Below are positions 1-10,713 of a stretch of DNA of 64,000 bases, in pieces. The stretch lies in the IMG/VR virus record IMGVR_UViG_3300020460_001007. The stretch is one strand, 5' to 3'. The notes under the pieces are model-generated. The model did not search any database. It worked only from the letters and a program-made list of their open reading frames with translations, and was not told the DNA's origin. This stretch comes from an uncultured virus (IMG/VR IMGVR_UViG_3300020460_001007). Lineage: Duplodnaviria > Heunggongvirae > Uroviricota > Caudoviricetes. Numbering within the stretch: position 1 is the first letter of the stretch; every line of letters starts with the position of its first letter. The position numbers and the translations under genes were made by a program.

Positions 1-297
1 TGTAGGAGTCGGTGTAGGAGTCGGTGTAGGAGTTGGTGTCGGGGTCGGTGTTGGAGTTGGAGTCGGGGTCGGGGTAGGAGTAGGAGTCGGTGTAGGAGTC
101 GGTGTAGGAGTTGGTGTCGGGGTCGGGGTAGGAGTAGGAGTCGGTGTAGGAGTTGGTGTCGGGGTCGGTGTTGGAGTTGGAGTCGGGGTCGGAGTTGGAG
201 TCGGGGTCGGAGTCGGTGTGGAAGTCGGAGTCGGAGTTGGGGTAGGAGTCGGTGTGGAAGTCGGAGTCGGAGTTGGGGTAGGAGTCGGTGTCGGTGA
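1..297 (-). repeat. Pro-Thr coding low-complexity repeat (CCN-ACN)n
   Basis: Plus strand is ggagtcggtgtaggagtt... hexamer variants, in frame with the 1530 ORF. Confidence 0.95.
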
Positions 298-1530
298 CTC
301 GTTTTCACAACATATAACCAAACTCCACATATTATCTGGTTCTTCGTTCCAATAGTGATCACACACAGAGTCATATGATACATCGTCATGTGCAAGAGCA
401 CATGGATTTTCATATCCATCATACGAAGGAAAACTGGATATGTATTGTTGCCAAATTTCACCAAGTTCTGCTGGAGTTTTATTTTCCAATCCAATTACTT
501 GAACTCCAGGCACTTCAGGTGGACTTTGTGGGTTACCACATTCACAATATTGATGGCAGAATTCACCATATTCACAGGATGGACTTGATGTCGGAGTCGG
601 AGTTGGGGTAGGAGTATAAGTTGGGGTAGGAGTATGAGTCGGGGTAGGAGTATGAGTCGGGGTAGGAGTCGGGGTAGGAGTAGGAGTCGGACAACATTCT
701 TCAATCTGCTCAACATACACTGAGGTTGAAAAGTCCAAATCTCCGTCAGTATCTTGGTGCATATTGTCACACGAATTTCCATATGCAGTCCATATTTCAA
801 CATTGGAGTCTTCATCAATGGATTCATGTTCATCATCAACACACTCAAATACATATGATATTTTACCACCCGATAACAACCACTCGTTTCCACACTCGTC
901 TGTCCATAGTGATTCGTCACCCTTTTCGTCCGTCCACGACACTTCCGTAAATATGTGTTCATATAAAACATTATCATATACAAGTCTGAACTTGAAATAC
1001 TTCAACATAACTTTAGGACACGTCGTATTCTCTACGATAAGTTTTAAATCACCTGTATTGTAGTCACATTCGGTTGTATATGTAAGTGCTATCTGACAAT
1101 ATGAATCACACATTGTTCGTGGCAAATGTTTAACTTCGGCATTACCCGTTGGAACTAAACCACGGAGAACAAGCAATCTATTATAATGATCATCAATTGC
1201 GGAAATTTTTGCAGGATCGGTGTTTGGATTATCACCAAATCGTACAGAACCTCCTGCCTGAGTGTATGCCCAATGAATCCAAGCATCTGTTTCTGTTAAA
1301 CATCCAGACTCCGCATAGTCTGCACAGGTCATTCTGGGGATCTTACACGGTGGTGTAACTCCATTATACCCAAGTGCTTCGAATGCTTCCCGAAAGGTAT
1401 CTATGTCGGTCGGTTGTCCAAGTTGAAACCACTCTATGTATATAATAGAATCTTGGTAATCAACTTTGCCGTCACAATTAAAATCGTCATCACAACACTC
1501 GCAATTTATGTCATGTTCATAATAACTCAT
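1..1530 (-). CDS. Partial large Cys-rich protein with N-terminal dockerin/EF-hand-like motif and Pro-Thr linkers; runs off the window; probable virion-associated protein
   Basis: Absent from the ORF track. ATG at 1530 overlaps the TGA of the preceding gene (ATGA). Manual translation stays open to position 1: [31 protein letters not shown]...; PT repeats at ~590-690 and 1-297. Confidence 0.8.
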   Translation of the reverse strand, partial: MSYYEHDINCECCDDDFNCDGKVDYQDSIIYIEWFQLGQPTDIDTFREAFEALGYNGVTPPCKIPRMTCADYAESGCLTETDAWIHWAYTQAGGSVRFGDNPNTDPAKISAIDDHYNRLLVLRGLVPTGNAEVKHLPRTMCDSYCQIALTYTTECDYNTGDLKLIVENTTCPKVMLKYFKFRLVYDNVLYEHIFTEVSWTDEKGDESLWTDECGNEWLLSGGKISYVFECVDDEHESIDEDSNVEIWTAYGNSCDNMHQDTDGDLDFSTSVYVEQIEECCPTPTPTPTPTPTHTPTPTHTPTPTYTPTPTPTPTSSPSCEYGEFCHQYCECGNPQSPPEVPGVQVIGLENKTPAELGEIWQQYISSFPSYDGYENPCALAHDDVSYDSVCDHYWNEEPDNMWSLVICCENESPTPTPTPTPTPTSTPTPTPTPTPTSTPTPTPTPTPTPTPTPTPTPTPTPTPTPTPTPTPTPTPTPTPTPTPTPTPTPTPTPTPTPTPTPTPTPTPTPT

Positions 1531-4500
1531 GCCATATCCTCCTTGTTAATTGTGATATAATCAACCCGTTTACCATATGTAATGAGAATACGATTTCCCT
1601 GTGGATCAAGTTCAAATCCATTATTGTACGGCCAATATTCCGCATTCTCTAAATCAATCGCATCGTTTATTAAATCGTCATCATCATATAAAGCACCTGG
1701 TTTGTAAATAATTTCATCAACATTGTGGTCACGCACACTTGGTTGTGGTGGTGCAGCCATACTTCTGGGTCCAGTTGCCGGTCTTGGATACTCGTTGGAT
1801 GCAACAACCTTCCAACCAGGACCACACTCCTCACATAGCATGGAAAATTCACCAGAGTCATCGGACGGTAAAACATATAATATCTTGCGGTCTTGTGTGT
1901 TTATCCATTGTATTGTCCATCGAAGGCCTTCGTGCCTACCATCGAAAACAATATATGTTCCGTTTGGTAAGAAGGGGTCTTGTGCACCTGGACCTGCTCC
2001 GTTCCACAGTGTTGGGAGATCTAGTTGAGAGTGTATTTGTATAAAACATGGTTTCGTTATATTCTTTACAAATGGGAACTTATATCGGTTCGGATGTAAA
2101 TCTGGGTCGGATAGTTGTTCAAGTGAACGAGTCTGTTCAGTCTGTGTGGTATCATTAAAATCATGTGAAAATCCTAACTTGCTTTCTATATGGGAAAAGT
2201 CGTTTAGGTCTCCATCAATATGGATAATCCCACCGAGTCCATCCGTATCGTATGCTCCAGTAATCGTGAAGGTATGTGTAGTAACTTCATTCTTCTCAGT
2301 TACCTCAATCTCATCTCCTGCCATAAATTTTGTTGTTTCATTCTCGGTGGGGATTGCAGTACTCACTGCGAACTTGTTTCTGTTGTACATTATCGTTTCT
2401 CGGTTGCGACATTCCGGTCTGGCATTTCCTGCCATATCCGTACAAGCAAGATCATTTCCGTATCCAGTATCTGCATTTGTTGCTACGATTTCGTAATTGG
2501 TTTCGGTATCATCTCCGTCAACGTCACGCAACCTCCCTCGTATCATAACAAAATCCAGTGGATTGGTCGTAGATGTACTCTTTATATACACGTCATCACC
2601 GTCTTGGAAATATTTAGCATCATCATCGTGAATACGAATGCTATGTGTGTATTCAAGTGTTCCCGTGTCTTCTATGTCAGAACGAAGGATTCGTGCCTTA
2701 CATACTATCAAACGAGTTTCATTTTTTCGTATTTCGGAATCCGTTGTTATGTATCTGAGGTGTGTTGAGTCAACCACATTGTCCAGTGCATAGTCATCGG
2801 CAGTTGCATTTGCATCATTATCAACCCAACCATCACTACTATACCCCACGATTATATCCGAATTATTTTCAACATCCCGTGTCACCTTTGCTAGATTTGG
2901 CAAAGTCGACAAGTGTTCAATATCTCCCCATACCCTATATGTATCCCCTAAATCCTCAACAGGGGGATTTCCGCGTATATCCACCTCTGCCTTGGGTGGA
3001 AATTTATCCGAATCATATGCTTCACCATGTTGGTACAACTTAAAGTTACCAGGTAAATTTGGAGCAGTTTCGCATGGACAATCGTCCATATCCTGTGCGT
3101 TTCCTCCACAAACACCACACGCATCAACGGTTGCGTTTCCATTACAGATACCCGCACAATCTACAACCGATGTTCCCTCACAAATTCCTGCACAATCGTA
3201 CCAACCACAGGTAGGTGTTGGAGTAGGAGTTGGTGTCGGGGTCGGAGTTGGGGTTGGAGTCGGAGTCTGGGTTGGAGTCGGAGTCGGGGTTGGAGTCGGA
3301 GTCGGGGTTGGAGTAGGAGTCGGTGTTGGGGTTGGAGTTGGTGTTGGGGTTGGAGTCGGAGTCGGGGTTGGAGTCGGTGTTGGGGTTGGAGTAGGAGTCG
3401 GGGTTGGGGTTGGGGTTGGAGTTGGGGTTGGAGTAGGTGGTGGAGTTGGTGGGGTTGGAGTTTGCGTTGGAGTAGGTGGTGGGGTCGGTGGAGTTGGAGT
3501 TTGCGTTGGGGTTGGAGTAGGAGTCGGTGGTGGAGTTGGTGGGGTTGGAGTTTGCGTTGGTGTCGGTGGTGGAGTTGGTGGAGTTGGAGTTTGCGTTGGG
3601 GTTGGGGTAGGAGTTGGTGTCGGTGGTGGAGTTGGTGGGGTTGGAGTTGGAGTTGGAGTTGGAGTTGGAGTTGAGCAATTCTCAGGATCAGTCTCTCCAG
3701 GAGGAGATGTGCAATTACCACATACATCTATTATTGCATCACCATCACATATACCAAGACAATCAAGTATTCCATCTGGACCATTGCATATGTAGTTACA
3801 ATCTAAATGTGCATCTCCGTTACACTCACCTAGACAATCAATTCTTCCATCTGGGCCATTGCATATGTAGTTACAATCCAGATGTGCATTTCCGTTACAA
3901 ACACCTAGACAATCAATTCTTCCATCTGGGCCATTGCATATGTAGTTACAATCCAGATGTGCATTTCCGTTACAAACACCTAGACAATCCAATCTTCCGT
4001 TTGGACCATTACATATTCCATCACAATCAACATACGCATCACCCATACACTCGTTTTCACAATCAAACCAAGGGCAGGTTGGTGGTGGGTCGGTATAACA
4101 CACCTCGCAGGTTTTGTCTACACGGGCATCTGGATTATTAGTTATAACTCCAGATAAAGTCAATGGGTTATCTCTTGTCAATTGTGTTGTTGCTATTATA
4201 TACGGATGTCCACATAGAAAATGAGTTATTGGACGTGGCATAATATCGTCCAACCAAGGAACATCTTTTCTTTCCCTGATAGTGTTGTATATATCCGTTG
4301 GTATTATCGACCCGTAAAAAGCATATGACGCACCATACGAGTCAACCTTAATTATACCAGTTATGTGTTCTCTGTTGTGAACATCTTCGTTCAGCACCTC
4401 TTCAATTCTCGTATTTGTACAACCATGTTCACAGGTACCATACCATATAAGTTGATATTTTTTATATATCTTAGAGTATTCGGTTGAGTCTAGATTGCAA

Positions 4501-4907
4501 CAATCCGTGGTTATTAATCCATATGATTGATTTGCGATGCTAGGTGTTGGTTCATGACCAAATCCAGGAAGTTCAATCCCATCTGGCATAGTATCTATTG
4601 AATTTTCACATACAATTATATACGGAACTCCACATTCAAAGTGAGTTATTGGTCTTGGCATGATATCATCCAACCAGTCAACACCCTTTCGTTCACGAAT
4701 ATTATTGTATATATCGGTGGGTATTATTGGTCCATAGAATGAATACGATGCACCAAATTCGTCAACCTTAATTATACCGGATATTACCTGCCGTAATTTA
4801 GGGTCGGAATTTAAAACTTCTTCAATGCGTGTTTTGGAGCATCCGTCAGATAAGTCTTCACATAACCCATACCATAATATCTGATATTTGTTTGTTAAGA
4901 TTGCCAT
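1527..4907 (-). CDS. 1126-aa putative virion/fibre protein: duplicated N-terminal domain, DCxGxCxG Cys repeats, long Pro-Thr linker
   Basis: [10 protein letters not shown].. and [10 protein letters not shown].. domain duplicated; [25 protein letters not shown] repeats; ~150-aa PT tract; co-oriented with fibre-like neighbours. Confidence 0.7.
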   Translation of the reverse strand: MAILTNKYQILWYGLCEDLSDGCSKTRIEEVLNSDPKLRQVISGIIKVDEFGASYSFYGPIIPTDIYNNIRERKGVDWLDDIMPRPITHFECGVPYIIVCENSIDTMPDGIELPGFGHEPTPSIANQSYGLITTDCCNLDSTEYSKIYKKYQLIWYGTCEHGCTNTRIEEVLNEDVHNREHITGIIKVDSYGASYAFYGSIIPTDIYNTIRERKDVPWLDDIMPRPITHFLCGHPYIIATTQLTRDNPLTLSGVITNNPDARVDKTCEVCYTDPPPTCPWFDCENECMGDAYVDCDGICNGPNGRLDCLGVCNGNAHLDCNYICNGPDGRIDCLGVCNGNAHLDCNYICNGPDGRIDCLGECNGDAHLDCNYICNGPDGILDCLGICDGDAIIDVCGNCTSPPGETDPENCSTPTPTPTPTPTPPTPPPTPTPTPTPTQTPTPPTPPPTPTQTPTPPTPPPTPTPTPTQTPTPPTPPPTPTQTPTPPTPPPTPTPTPTPTPTPTPTPTPTPTPTPTPTPTPTPTPTPTPTPTPTPTPTPTPTPTPTQTPTPTPTPTPTPTPTPTPTCGWYDCAGICEGTSVVDCAGICNGNATVDACGVCGGNAQDMDDCPCETAPNLPGNFKLYQHGEAYDSDKFPPKAEVDIRGNPPVEDLGDTYRVWGDIEHLSTLPNLAKVTRDVENNSDIIVGYSSDGWVDNDANATADDYALDNVVDSTHLRYITTDSEIRKNETRLIVCKARILRSDIEDTGTLEYTHSIRIHDDDAKYFQDGDDVYIKSTSTTNPLDFVMIRGRLRDVDGDDTETNYEIVATNADTGYGNDLACTDMAGNARPECRNRETIMYNRNKFAVSTAIPTENETTKFMAGDEIEVTEKNEVTTHTFTITGAYDTDGLGGIIHIDGDLNDFSHIESKLGFSHDFNDTTQTEQTRSLEQLSDPDLHPNRYKFPFVKNITKPCFIQIHSQLDLPTLWNGAGPGAQDPFLPNGTYIVFDGRHEGLRWTIQWINTQDRKILYVLPSDDSGEFSMLCEECGPGWKVVASNEYPRPATGPRSMAAPPQPSVRDHNVDEIIYKPGALYDDDDLINDAIDLENAEYWPYNNGFELDPQGNRILITYGKRVDYITINKEDMA
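3210..3672 (-). repeat. Pro-Thr(-Gln) coding repeat
   Basis: [17 protein letters not shown] tract in the 1126-aa ORF. Confidence 0.95.
3755..4030 (-). repeat. 75-bp tandem repeat, about 3.5 copies, encoding a 25-aa Cys-rich unit
   Basis: ccattgcatatgtagttacaatc recurs at 3781, 3856 and 3931. Confidence 0.9.
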
Positions 4908-4940
4908 GACGAGTCTCCATGCCTATCCATTTCCCGGATC

Positions 4941-6866
4941 TCACCCATTAAGTTCCTCATCAATGTAGTAGTTCCCCTTCTTCATTGGAACACTAAAGCA
5001 ATCCGAGAACTCACCTGTCACATCATCGTAACCAAGTAAAATTGTTATTAACACATTTGGATCCTGTGGTGCATCTGCAACTCCGAAATGTATTATCGGA
5101 TCACCATATGCTTCCTCGATTGCACGATTTTTCCATATGTTTATCTCCCAACTCACCCCACCTGGTGCAAGCATATCTACGGTGTGTTTTGGGAAACATA
5201 CGGCCGCATCGTCTGCAATCTTAAATGTAAGTGCCATATGAAGTTCCTCTGGTGTTCCAACTAACGTACCACACATACGACCTTCCGTACCGTCATCGTT
5301 AATACGACTTGTATTACCCATCCAAATGTTCTTTGAAATATATGTTCCGTCTACAATATCAACATCATACGATGCAAGTAGTGGATGACCATTTGGAAAC
5401 TCCGAAGTACTTCCACGTCGGGTGACCCCATCAAGTTCATATGAACCTGCCTCGGATGGTCCATATGTTTTTCGGAGTTCTTGGTCATGTGGGAATATAA
5501 AGCAATGTGTATCACCCCCTCCTTCACAAATACACTCTGAAGTGGTACATGACAATGTCAATCCGTCACCTAGTGCTTCCCATGCCCAGTGAGACTCGTT
5601 TTGGACTGATGGGAATTGTATCTTGTAGTCTCCTCGTTTTGAAGACCCATATTCGTCTTCAATATCAACTTCGTACACATATGACGTACCATTTTCATCT
5701 ATACGAGGAAGTTTCACCGACCCTTCCAATGACATCTGCGATGCGTCATTTGATACTTTAAGTATTTGATAGTCCCCATCAGCATCCTTTTCAAGTATAT
5801 TGAAATATAATTCTTCCACCATACCTCTGGAATCTGGATCAATTGCGATTGTAAATTTTGCCTTATCGTCCCCAGTTGCACAATCTGCACTCAGTGATAT
5901 GGTTGGTAAACACACCGAGTGAGAAGATGCCCGTGGTAAATCACCACTCAACAATGTTGCGGTTAGTTTTCCGATTAGGGGATATTCCAACGTCCCCACT
6001 ACCATCTGCTTCTGCTCTCCCGATTGGAGAACTCCACCGTGACTGTCTGCAATAAAACTATCGTCTGGTTGGCCAGTTCCAGTCTCCGCATCATATGTAC
6101 CTGGCACAATCCAACTCGCATTCGAGGGTGTGCCTATTGCCGATGGATCTCCTGACATGGGGTCGTGCGTTACCACCAACTCTGTCATTGGTGTTTTCCA
6201 GGGTCGGGTTCCTGTATTTGATATAGTTATCACAAATCCTGCGTTATTACACTCCGTTGAGACTAATACCTCATCCGACACATAATCCTTCGCACCACCC
6301 ATCAGGCCTCTAAAGTTTGTTACTATTGCGGATGTGGGTGATGTTGCAATATATACTGGTTTACTAACTCCAGTTGGTTCTTGCGAACTTCCGTTTCGGT
6401 ACATATGCAGTGCGTGAGGATCACCATATACGGAATCTTCTGAGGAATCCGTAAGATAGTATACCTTACCCGGTGTCAGTGTTTTTCCGTTTGGCAAGTG
6501 TCCATCAAAATCTATTCTACCAAACATAACCACCGTTCCTTTTGCCTTTTCACCCGAGGCCTGATCACAATTTGGTTCTACTCGTTCCACAACACCTACC
6601 ACCTCGGAACTTTCTTCGGGATCCACTCCTTGTTCAAGTTCATATACTGCATCGGCAAGAGTTAGTGCTCCTGTAATACGACTGTATCTAACAATATCAC
6701 CTACATTTGGACACATTCCGTTTTCGTAATGTAGTTCCATTTCGTCAGCAATTCGTGTCGTATCCGCAACCGGAGATGTATATGTTATTTGAGAACCATC
6801 CATACACGCACCTGGAGTTGATTCCCATCTTTTTATCGGTGAATGTTTAAATGCTGAGTATGCCAT
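4941..6866 (-). CDS. Putative virion structural/fibre protein with N-terminal cement-like beta domain
   Basis: GDIVRY..LADA..SEVVGVV..VVMFGRI..LTPGKVYYL..VSKPV; the same domain occurs twice in 7226..8866. Confidence 0.55.
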   Translation of the reverse strand: MAYSAFKHSPIKRWESTPGACMDGSQITYTSPVADTTRIADEMELHYENGMCPNVGDIVRYSRITGALTLADAVYELEQGVDPEESSEVVGVVERVEPNCDQASGEKAKGTVVMFGRIDFDGHLPNGKTLTPGKVYYLTDSSEDSVYGDPHALHMYRNGSSQEPTGVSKPVYIATSPTSAIVTNFRGLMGGAKDYVSDEVLVSTECNNAGFVITISNTGTRPWKTPMTELVVTHDPMSGDPSAIGTPSNASWIVPGTYDAETGTGQPDDSFIADSHGGVLQSGEQKQMVVGTLEYPLIGKLTATLLSGDLPRASSHSVCLPTISLSADCATGDDKAKFTIAIDPDSRGMVEELYFNILEKDADGDYQILKVSNDASQMSLEGSVKLPRIDENGTSYVYEVDIEDEYGSSKRGDYKIQFPSVQNESHWAWEALGDGLTLSCTTSECICEGGGDTHCFIFPHDQELRKTYGPSEAGSYELDGVTRRGSTSEFPNGHPLLASYDVDIVDGTYISKNIWMGNTSRINDDGTEGRMCGTLVGTPEELHMALTFKIADDAAVCFPKHTVDMLAPGGVSWEINIWKNRAIEEAYGDPIIHFGVADAPQDPNVLITILLGYDDVTGEFSDCFSVPMKKGNYYIDEELNG

Positions 6867-6877
6867 GTTCTAGTTCC

Positions 6878-7210
6878 TTAATTGTCCTGAGACTCCGTAG
6901 GTGCGTATTCCGACCATAAGAATGTGGACGAACCTATACCTGCGGGGTTTCGTATATATAATTTAGTTTCGTGTGCAAGGGTGGTGTCTGAACCCTCAAC
7001 TATAAATGTTATTGCGGCCACATCACCAACCTCACCATCTTTTGACTTATCGGATGATTGTACGTCACCCCCGGATGAGTTCATTGGCCAAGCAGAGTCA
7101 AGATATCCCTGTATGAATTCAAGGTTTACTGCATTTTTATATTGTTCAGTACACATCAGTGTGAACGGACGATAATTTCTTCTACTTTCTATTACGTATA
7201 ATGACCCCAT
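6878..7210 (-). CDS. Hypothetical protein in the structural operon
   Basis: 110-aa ORF tightly packed between co-oriented genes. Confidence 0.7.
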   Translation of the reverse strand: MGSLYVIESRRNYRPFTLMCTEQYKNAVNLEFIQGYLDSAWPMNSSGGDVQSSDKSKDGEVGDVAAITFIVEGSDTTLAHETKLYIRNPAGIGSSTFLWSEYAPTESQDN

Positions 7211-7225
7211 TTTAAAAATTCCAGT

Positions 7226-8866
7226 TTATACAACCTCCCACTCCATTGTACCAGGTTTATCTTTTTTCATGGTCAGTGTTTGGTGTTCCACATCCGAAGC
7301 ACTGACGGACTCCGATGAATATAGAGTGGCACGGTGACCTACTCCTGCAAATGGCCACACTTTACTTAAAAACTCACGGGCAGCTAGTCGTTGTGTACTG
7401 ATATCCGATCCATATGGAAACCCTGGCCAATATATGCTTTTTTGTGTTTCTGCATTTTTCAAGCAATCATAACATTCCAAATCTGGATTTGGCATAGTTC
7501 TGTGGTTTGTGATTAAAAGTCTATTTGTAGTTATTGCATAAAACACTGGACGACTAAATGTCTCATACATGCCAGACGCATCATCTTTTAAAATTAATGG
7601 TGTGGCGGGATCGGTGGGTCTTGAATTGCGGAAAGGTGTTCCGAATTTTGGTGATAACCCATGTTCACTTTCCACTGGTTCTTTTTGACGCATTGCAACT
7701 CGTTGCTCTTCGTCCAACAATGACCACTGGTTCAACGATAATCTAAGAGGATTGTTTCCTCCGTTTAAATTAGGATCGATGTCGTCCAAATAATATTGTC
7801 TACCAGGAATTAAATGCAAATCACTTCCTAACCACGCACCCTCCTGTGGGGGCATATCAAGTGTAACCATACCATTGGTTTGTACTACAAAATGTTCAGG
7901 GGATGCACTGACTACAATTCCAAGAACATCTGATGTATCAAAGTCTTCTGCACTAGACAATACAAACTCCTCGCCTCCCGAACCTTCTTTTACCCGAATA
8001 ATATCTCCAACCTCTAGGTCTGAACAAGTCGCATCTCGTTCAATTATAAATTTACTTCCCTCTTCGTCCTCAGGTTGCCACATACCTCGGTAATTAACAA
8101 AGATTCCGTTCATACCTCCTGCACCAATCAATACTGGTTTTGATACTGCGGGATTTCCGTCACCATCGGTAAGTGATGGATCTGTATTTATTAATCTACC
8201 ATTGTTTCCAAGAAAATATACCACACCATTTTCCAAACTTGTGGTTTTTGTATATAGACCAGATGTTGATGTTATCACCTCAAGTCCTTCTTGAGTCTCA
8301 GGAACAAACTCAACATATCCACCAAATACTATTGTAATTGAAACTATATCACCATTATCATCTTTTTTAATCTTTTTGATAATTCCGATACATTCTGCCT
8401 TTGCGTCATCCGTTGCATGGGCAAGGGAGAATTTTCCGTTTACGGTTCTACGCACCAACGCACCTGGGAAAAAATATCCTTCGTCAATATCTGTTGTGTT
8501 GGGATCATCGGTTTCAAAATTACCCACATATGGAAATGTTTGTTCAGATGCACCAGGGGAGTCAACAAAGTCAAGAGAACCTACTAAGTCCCCAGTTTCG
8601 TTTGTTGTTACTTTTACTTTTATGAAGTTTCCGTTATTATCATATGTGTATTCATTTGGAGTATCACGCAAGTTTATAAAATCCGCACCTATAAGTCCTG
8701 CACTCAATTTAGTCAACGCGGATGCTAGTGTCTGCGCGGTAATACCTTTCGTCTCCCCAGATGGTGATGCAGGGGAAGACGCATCAACAACAACGAATAC
8801 ATCTTCGGCGGAAAGATCTTCGGGTAAATTTACCTGATCTAAGTCTGTAATTTTTTGATTTGCCAT
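7226..8866 (-). CDS. Putative tail fibre/virion protein with two cement-like domains
   Basis: N-terminus MANQKITDL..DVFVVVD..ETKGIT is typical of phage fibre anchors; two repeats (AECIGII..LENGVVYFL and SDVLGIV..LIPGRQYYL). Confidence 0.6.
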   Translation of the reverse strand: MANQKITDLDQVNLPEDLSAEDVFVVVDASSPASPSGETKGITAQTLASALTKLSAGLIGADFINLRDTPNEYTYDNNGNFIKVKVTTNETGDLVGSLDFVDSPGASEQTFPYVGNFETDDPNTTDIDEGYFFPGALVRRTVNGKFSLAHATDDAKAECIGIIKKIKKDDNGDIVSITIVFGGYVEFVPETQEGLEVITSTSGLYTKTTSLENGVVYFLGNNGRLINTDPSLTDGDGNPAVSKPVLIGAGGMNGIFVNYRGMWQPEDEEGSKFIIERDATCSDLEVGDIIRVKEGSGGEEFVLSSAEDFDTSDVLGIVVSASPEHFVVQTNGMVTLDMPPQEGAWLGSDLHLIPGRQYYLDDIDPNLNGGNNPLRLSLNQWSLLDEEQRVAMRQKEPVESEHGLSPKFGTPFRNSRPTDPATPLILKDDASGMYETFSRPVFYAITTNRLLITNHRTMPNPDLECYDCLKNAETQKSIYWPGFPYGSDISTQRLAAREFLSKVWPFAGVGHRATLYSSESVSASDVEHQTLTMKKDKPGTMEWEVV

Positions 8867-8947
8867 ATTAGTTGCCTGTGAACATATAAACCCTTTTTAG
8901 TAGAAGATATAAATATACATATATTTTTCCATTGAAATAAATATAAC

Positions 8948-9691
8948 TTATCTTAAACTTTTTAGCCTTTGTATTATAAATTTGACAAGTTGACTCCTTA
9001 CAATGTCATCTTCTGTGAATTTAAAACTGAAAATTCCTTTAGAGTTTGACTCAGGATCTCCAAACAAATCCATGATAGGGAGAAACCCAGTTTTGTTTCC
9101 GATGTCACTTTGCATAGCATCTCCACACACAAATAATTTGGAATTTTCTCCAACTCTTGTTATTACAGTAACAAGTTCTTTCTCGGTTAAGTTCTGTGCT
9201 TCATCTACTATTATAATTTTACTTTCCCAACTTGCACCTCGACAAAATCCCACCGGAATTCCATATATACGCTCCTCATCCTGCAAATATCTTATATCGA
9301 CCGGTGATAATAATTCTTCAAGTTTATCTTTAAATGGTTCTAAGTATGGAGCCATTTTATCATCCTGTGCTCCTGGTAAAAATCCAAGTTTATGATCGGC
9401 ACTTTCAACCGCACTCCGTATGTATACAATTTCTTTTGCTTTCTTTTTGGATAACATATCTAACGCACAATAGGTTGATATATATGTTTTTGCAGAGCCT
9501 GCGGGTCCGTCAACAAACATTAAGTTTGTATCTGAGTCAGTTGCAATTTTAATAAAATCCAATTGTTTATCTGTAAATTTTTTATGTGTAATTTTAAGAT
9601 CTCTGCATAGTTGATTTGAATGAATCGTATCTTGCAAGTGACATTCTGACAACATATTTTTAGTTGCGGATTTGGATTTTTTACTTGACAT
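8948..9691 (-). CDS. phoH: PhoH-family ATPase
   Basis: GPAGSAKT Walker A, LGFLPG, RG, DEAQN, GDAMQSD, DIVRS motifs; upstream AGGAGG. Confidence 0.95.
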   Translation of the reverse strand: MSSKKSKSATKNMLSECHLQDTIHSNQLCRDLKITHKKFTDKQLDFIKIATDSDTNLMFVDGPAGSAKTYISTYCALDMLSKKKAKEIVYIRSAVESADHKLGFLPGAQDDKMAPYLEPFKDKLEELLSPVDIRYLQDEERIYGIPVGFCRGASWESKIIIVDEAQNLTEKELVTVITRVGENSKLFVCGDAMQSDIGNKTGFLPIMDLFGDPESNSKGIFSFKFTEDDIVRSQLVKFIIQRLKSLR

Positions 9692-9718
9692 CTTATATAT
9701 TCCTCCTAGTCTTAGTAG

Positions 9719-10033
9719 CTATTCAGTAGCGTCTATTAATGTATTTATAATTTTCTTTATATTATTACAAATTTCATATTCTTCATATTCAATATAATAG
9801 TCTATTAGATTTTCAAGGGTTGCCACATAGTGTTCCTTGCGTATGATAACTTGTAAAGACGTTTTGTCAAAATTAAATAATTCCAATCTATCCGGCAAAC
9901 TTTCTTTTGAAGTTAACTTAAAGTTTTCCGAAAACGTGGAATATATATGATCCATGTATTTCCGTTTATTTGACATCAAGTCCGTTTCGAGGTCTGTATT
10001 GTTGGATGGGATTGTAAAATTATCTCCGTTCAT
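9719..10033 (-). CDS. Hypothetical protein with UVR-like C-terminal helix pair
   Basis: LIDYYIEYEEYEICNNIKKII; TATTTAT 6 nt upstream. Confidence 0.65.
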   Translation of the reverse strand: MNGDNFTIPSNNTDLETDLMSNKRKYMDHIYSTFSENFKLTSKESLPDRLELFNFDKTSLQVIIRKEHYVATLENLIDYYIEYEEYEICNNIKKIINTLIDATE

Positions 10034-10074
10034 TATTGAATAAATATCTACATCTATGTGTTTTGATAAAATTT

Positions 10075-10407
10075 ATGAGCAAATCTAAAAAAGTAACAGG
10101 TAAGTATATACCATCATCGTCTGTACACACCCACAAACCAAAAACTACACACGAAGATATTGCAAAAAGTCTTGGGTATAATGCATTACCCAAAAATTTA
10201 AAAAAATCTTTAATTGCATTATATAAGAGTGGAAAACCAATTGTGACTCCACATATATGGGAATCCAGAGTATCCATATGTAGAGGTTGTAGTTATTGGG
10301 AAGAACATTCATCAGGAACGATTGCTCGGTGTACTAAGTGTGGTTGCTCCAGTGGTAAGTTATTATTACAAACAAGTAAGTGTCCACTCAAACTTCCACG
10401 ATGGTAG
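10075..10407 (+). CDS. Small Cys-rich, probably Zn-binding, phage protein
   Basis: RxSICRGC..RCTKCGC..KCPL..W; start moved to ATG 10075. Confidence 0.65.
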   Translation: MSKSKKVTGKYIPSSSVHTHKPKTTHEDIAKSLGYNALPKNLKKSLIALYKSGKPIVTPHIWESRVSICRGCSYWEEHSSGTIARCTKCGCSSGKLLLQTSKCPLKLPRW

Positions 10408-10460
10408 TTTTTATAATTATTATAATAAAATCAATAGAAAAGTATTTTTGATGTATATTT

Positions 10461-10676
10461 ATGAACATGAGTATGCAATCGCAGGACGAAAATTATAAAT
10501 TGACTACGGTTAAGGTTTTATCTGAAAACTATGCAAAGTTTAAGATAGATACATTATCCACACAAATGTCATTGCAAAAACTGGTAAATCGTGCAATTCA
10601 CAAATACCTCTCGGATGAAAACTTTCGAGATGCGATTGATGATGTTGAATTGTTGAAAGATAATAAAAAATACTAG
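10461..10676 (+). CDS. Ribbon-helix-helix-like small DNA-binding protein
   Basis: LTTVKV strand followed by helices YAKFK..SLQKLVNRAIHKYL. Confidence 0.55.
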   Translation: MNMSMQSQDENYKLTTVKVLSENYAKFKIDTLSTQMSLQKLVNRAIHKYLSDENFRDAIDDVELLKDNKKY

Positions 10677-10705
10677 TTGACAATTCAATGTCGGAGTGGT
10701 ATGTT
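10677..10705 (+). promoter_or_regulatory. Sigma70-type promoter for the glycosyltransferase operon
   Basis: TTGACA-17 nt-TATGTT with extended TG; ATG follows 8 nt later. Confidence 0.6.
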
Positions 10706-10713
10706 ACCATTCA

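Noticed and set aside
375..1358. Short ORF-track calls in the first 1.4 kb
   Set aside because: All overlap the long open minus-strand frame starting at 1530.
1..3672. G/T-rich repeats as a CRISPR array or telomere-like repeat
   Set aside because: No constant repeat with unique spacers; variation is at third codon positions of an in-frame Pro-Thr tract.
2992..3795. ORFs encoding GVGVGV, NSNPN or QPQL repeats
   Set aside because: Shadow frames of the Pro-Thr repeat inside the 1126-aa gene.
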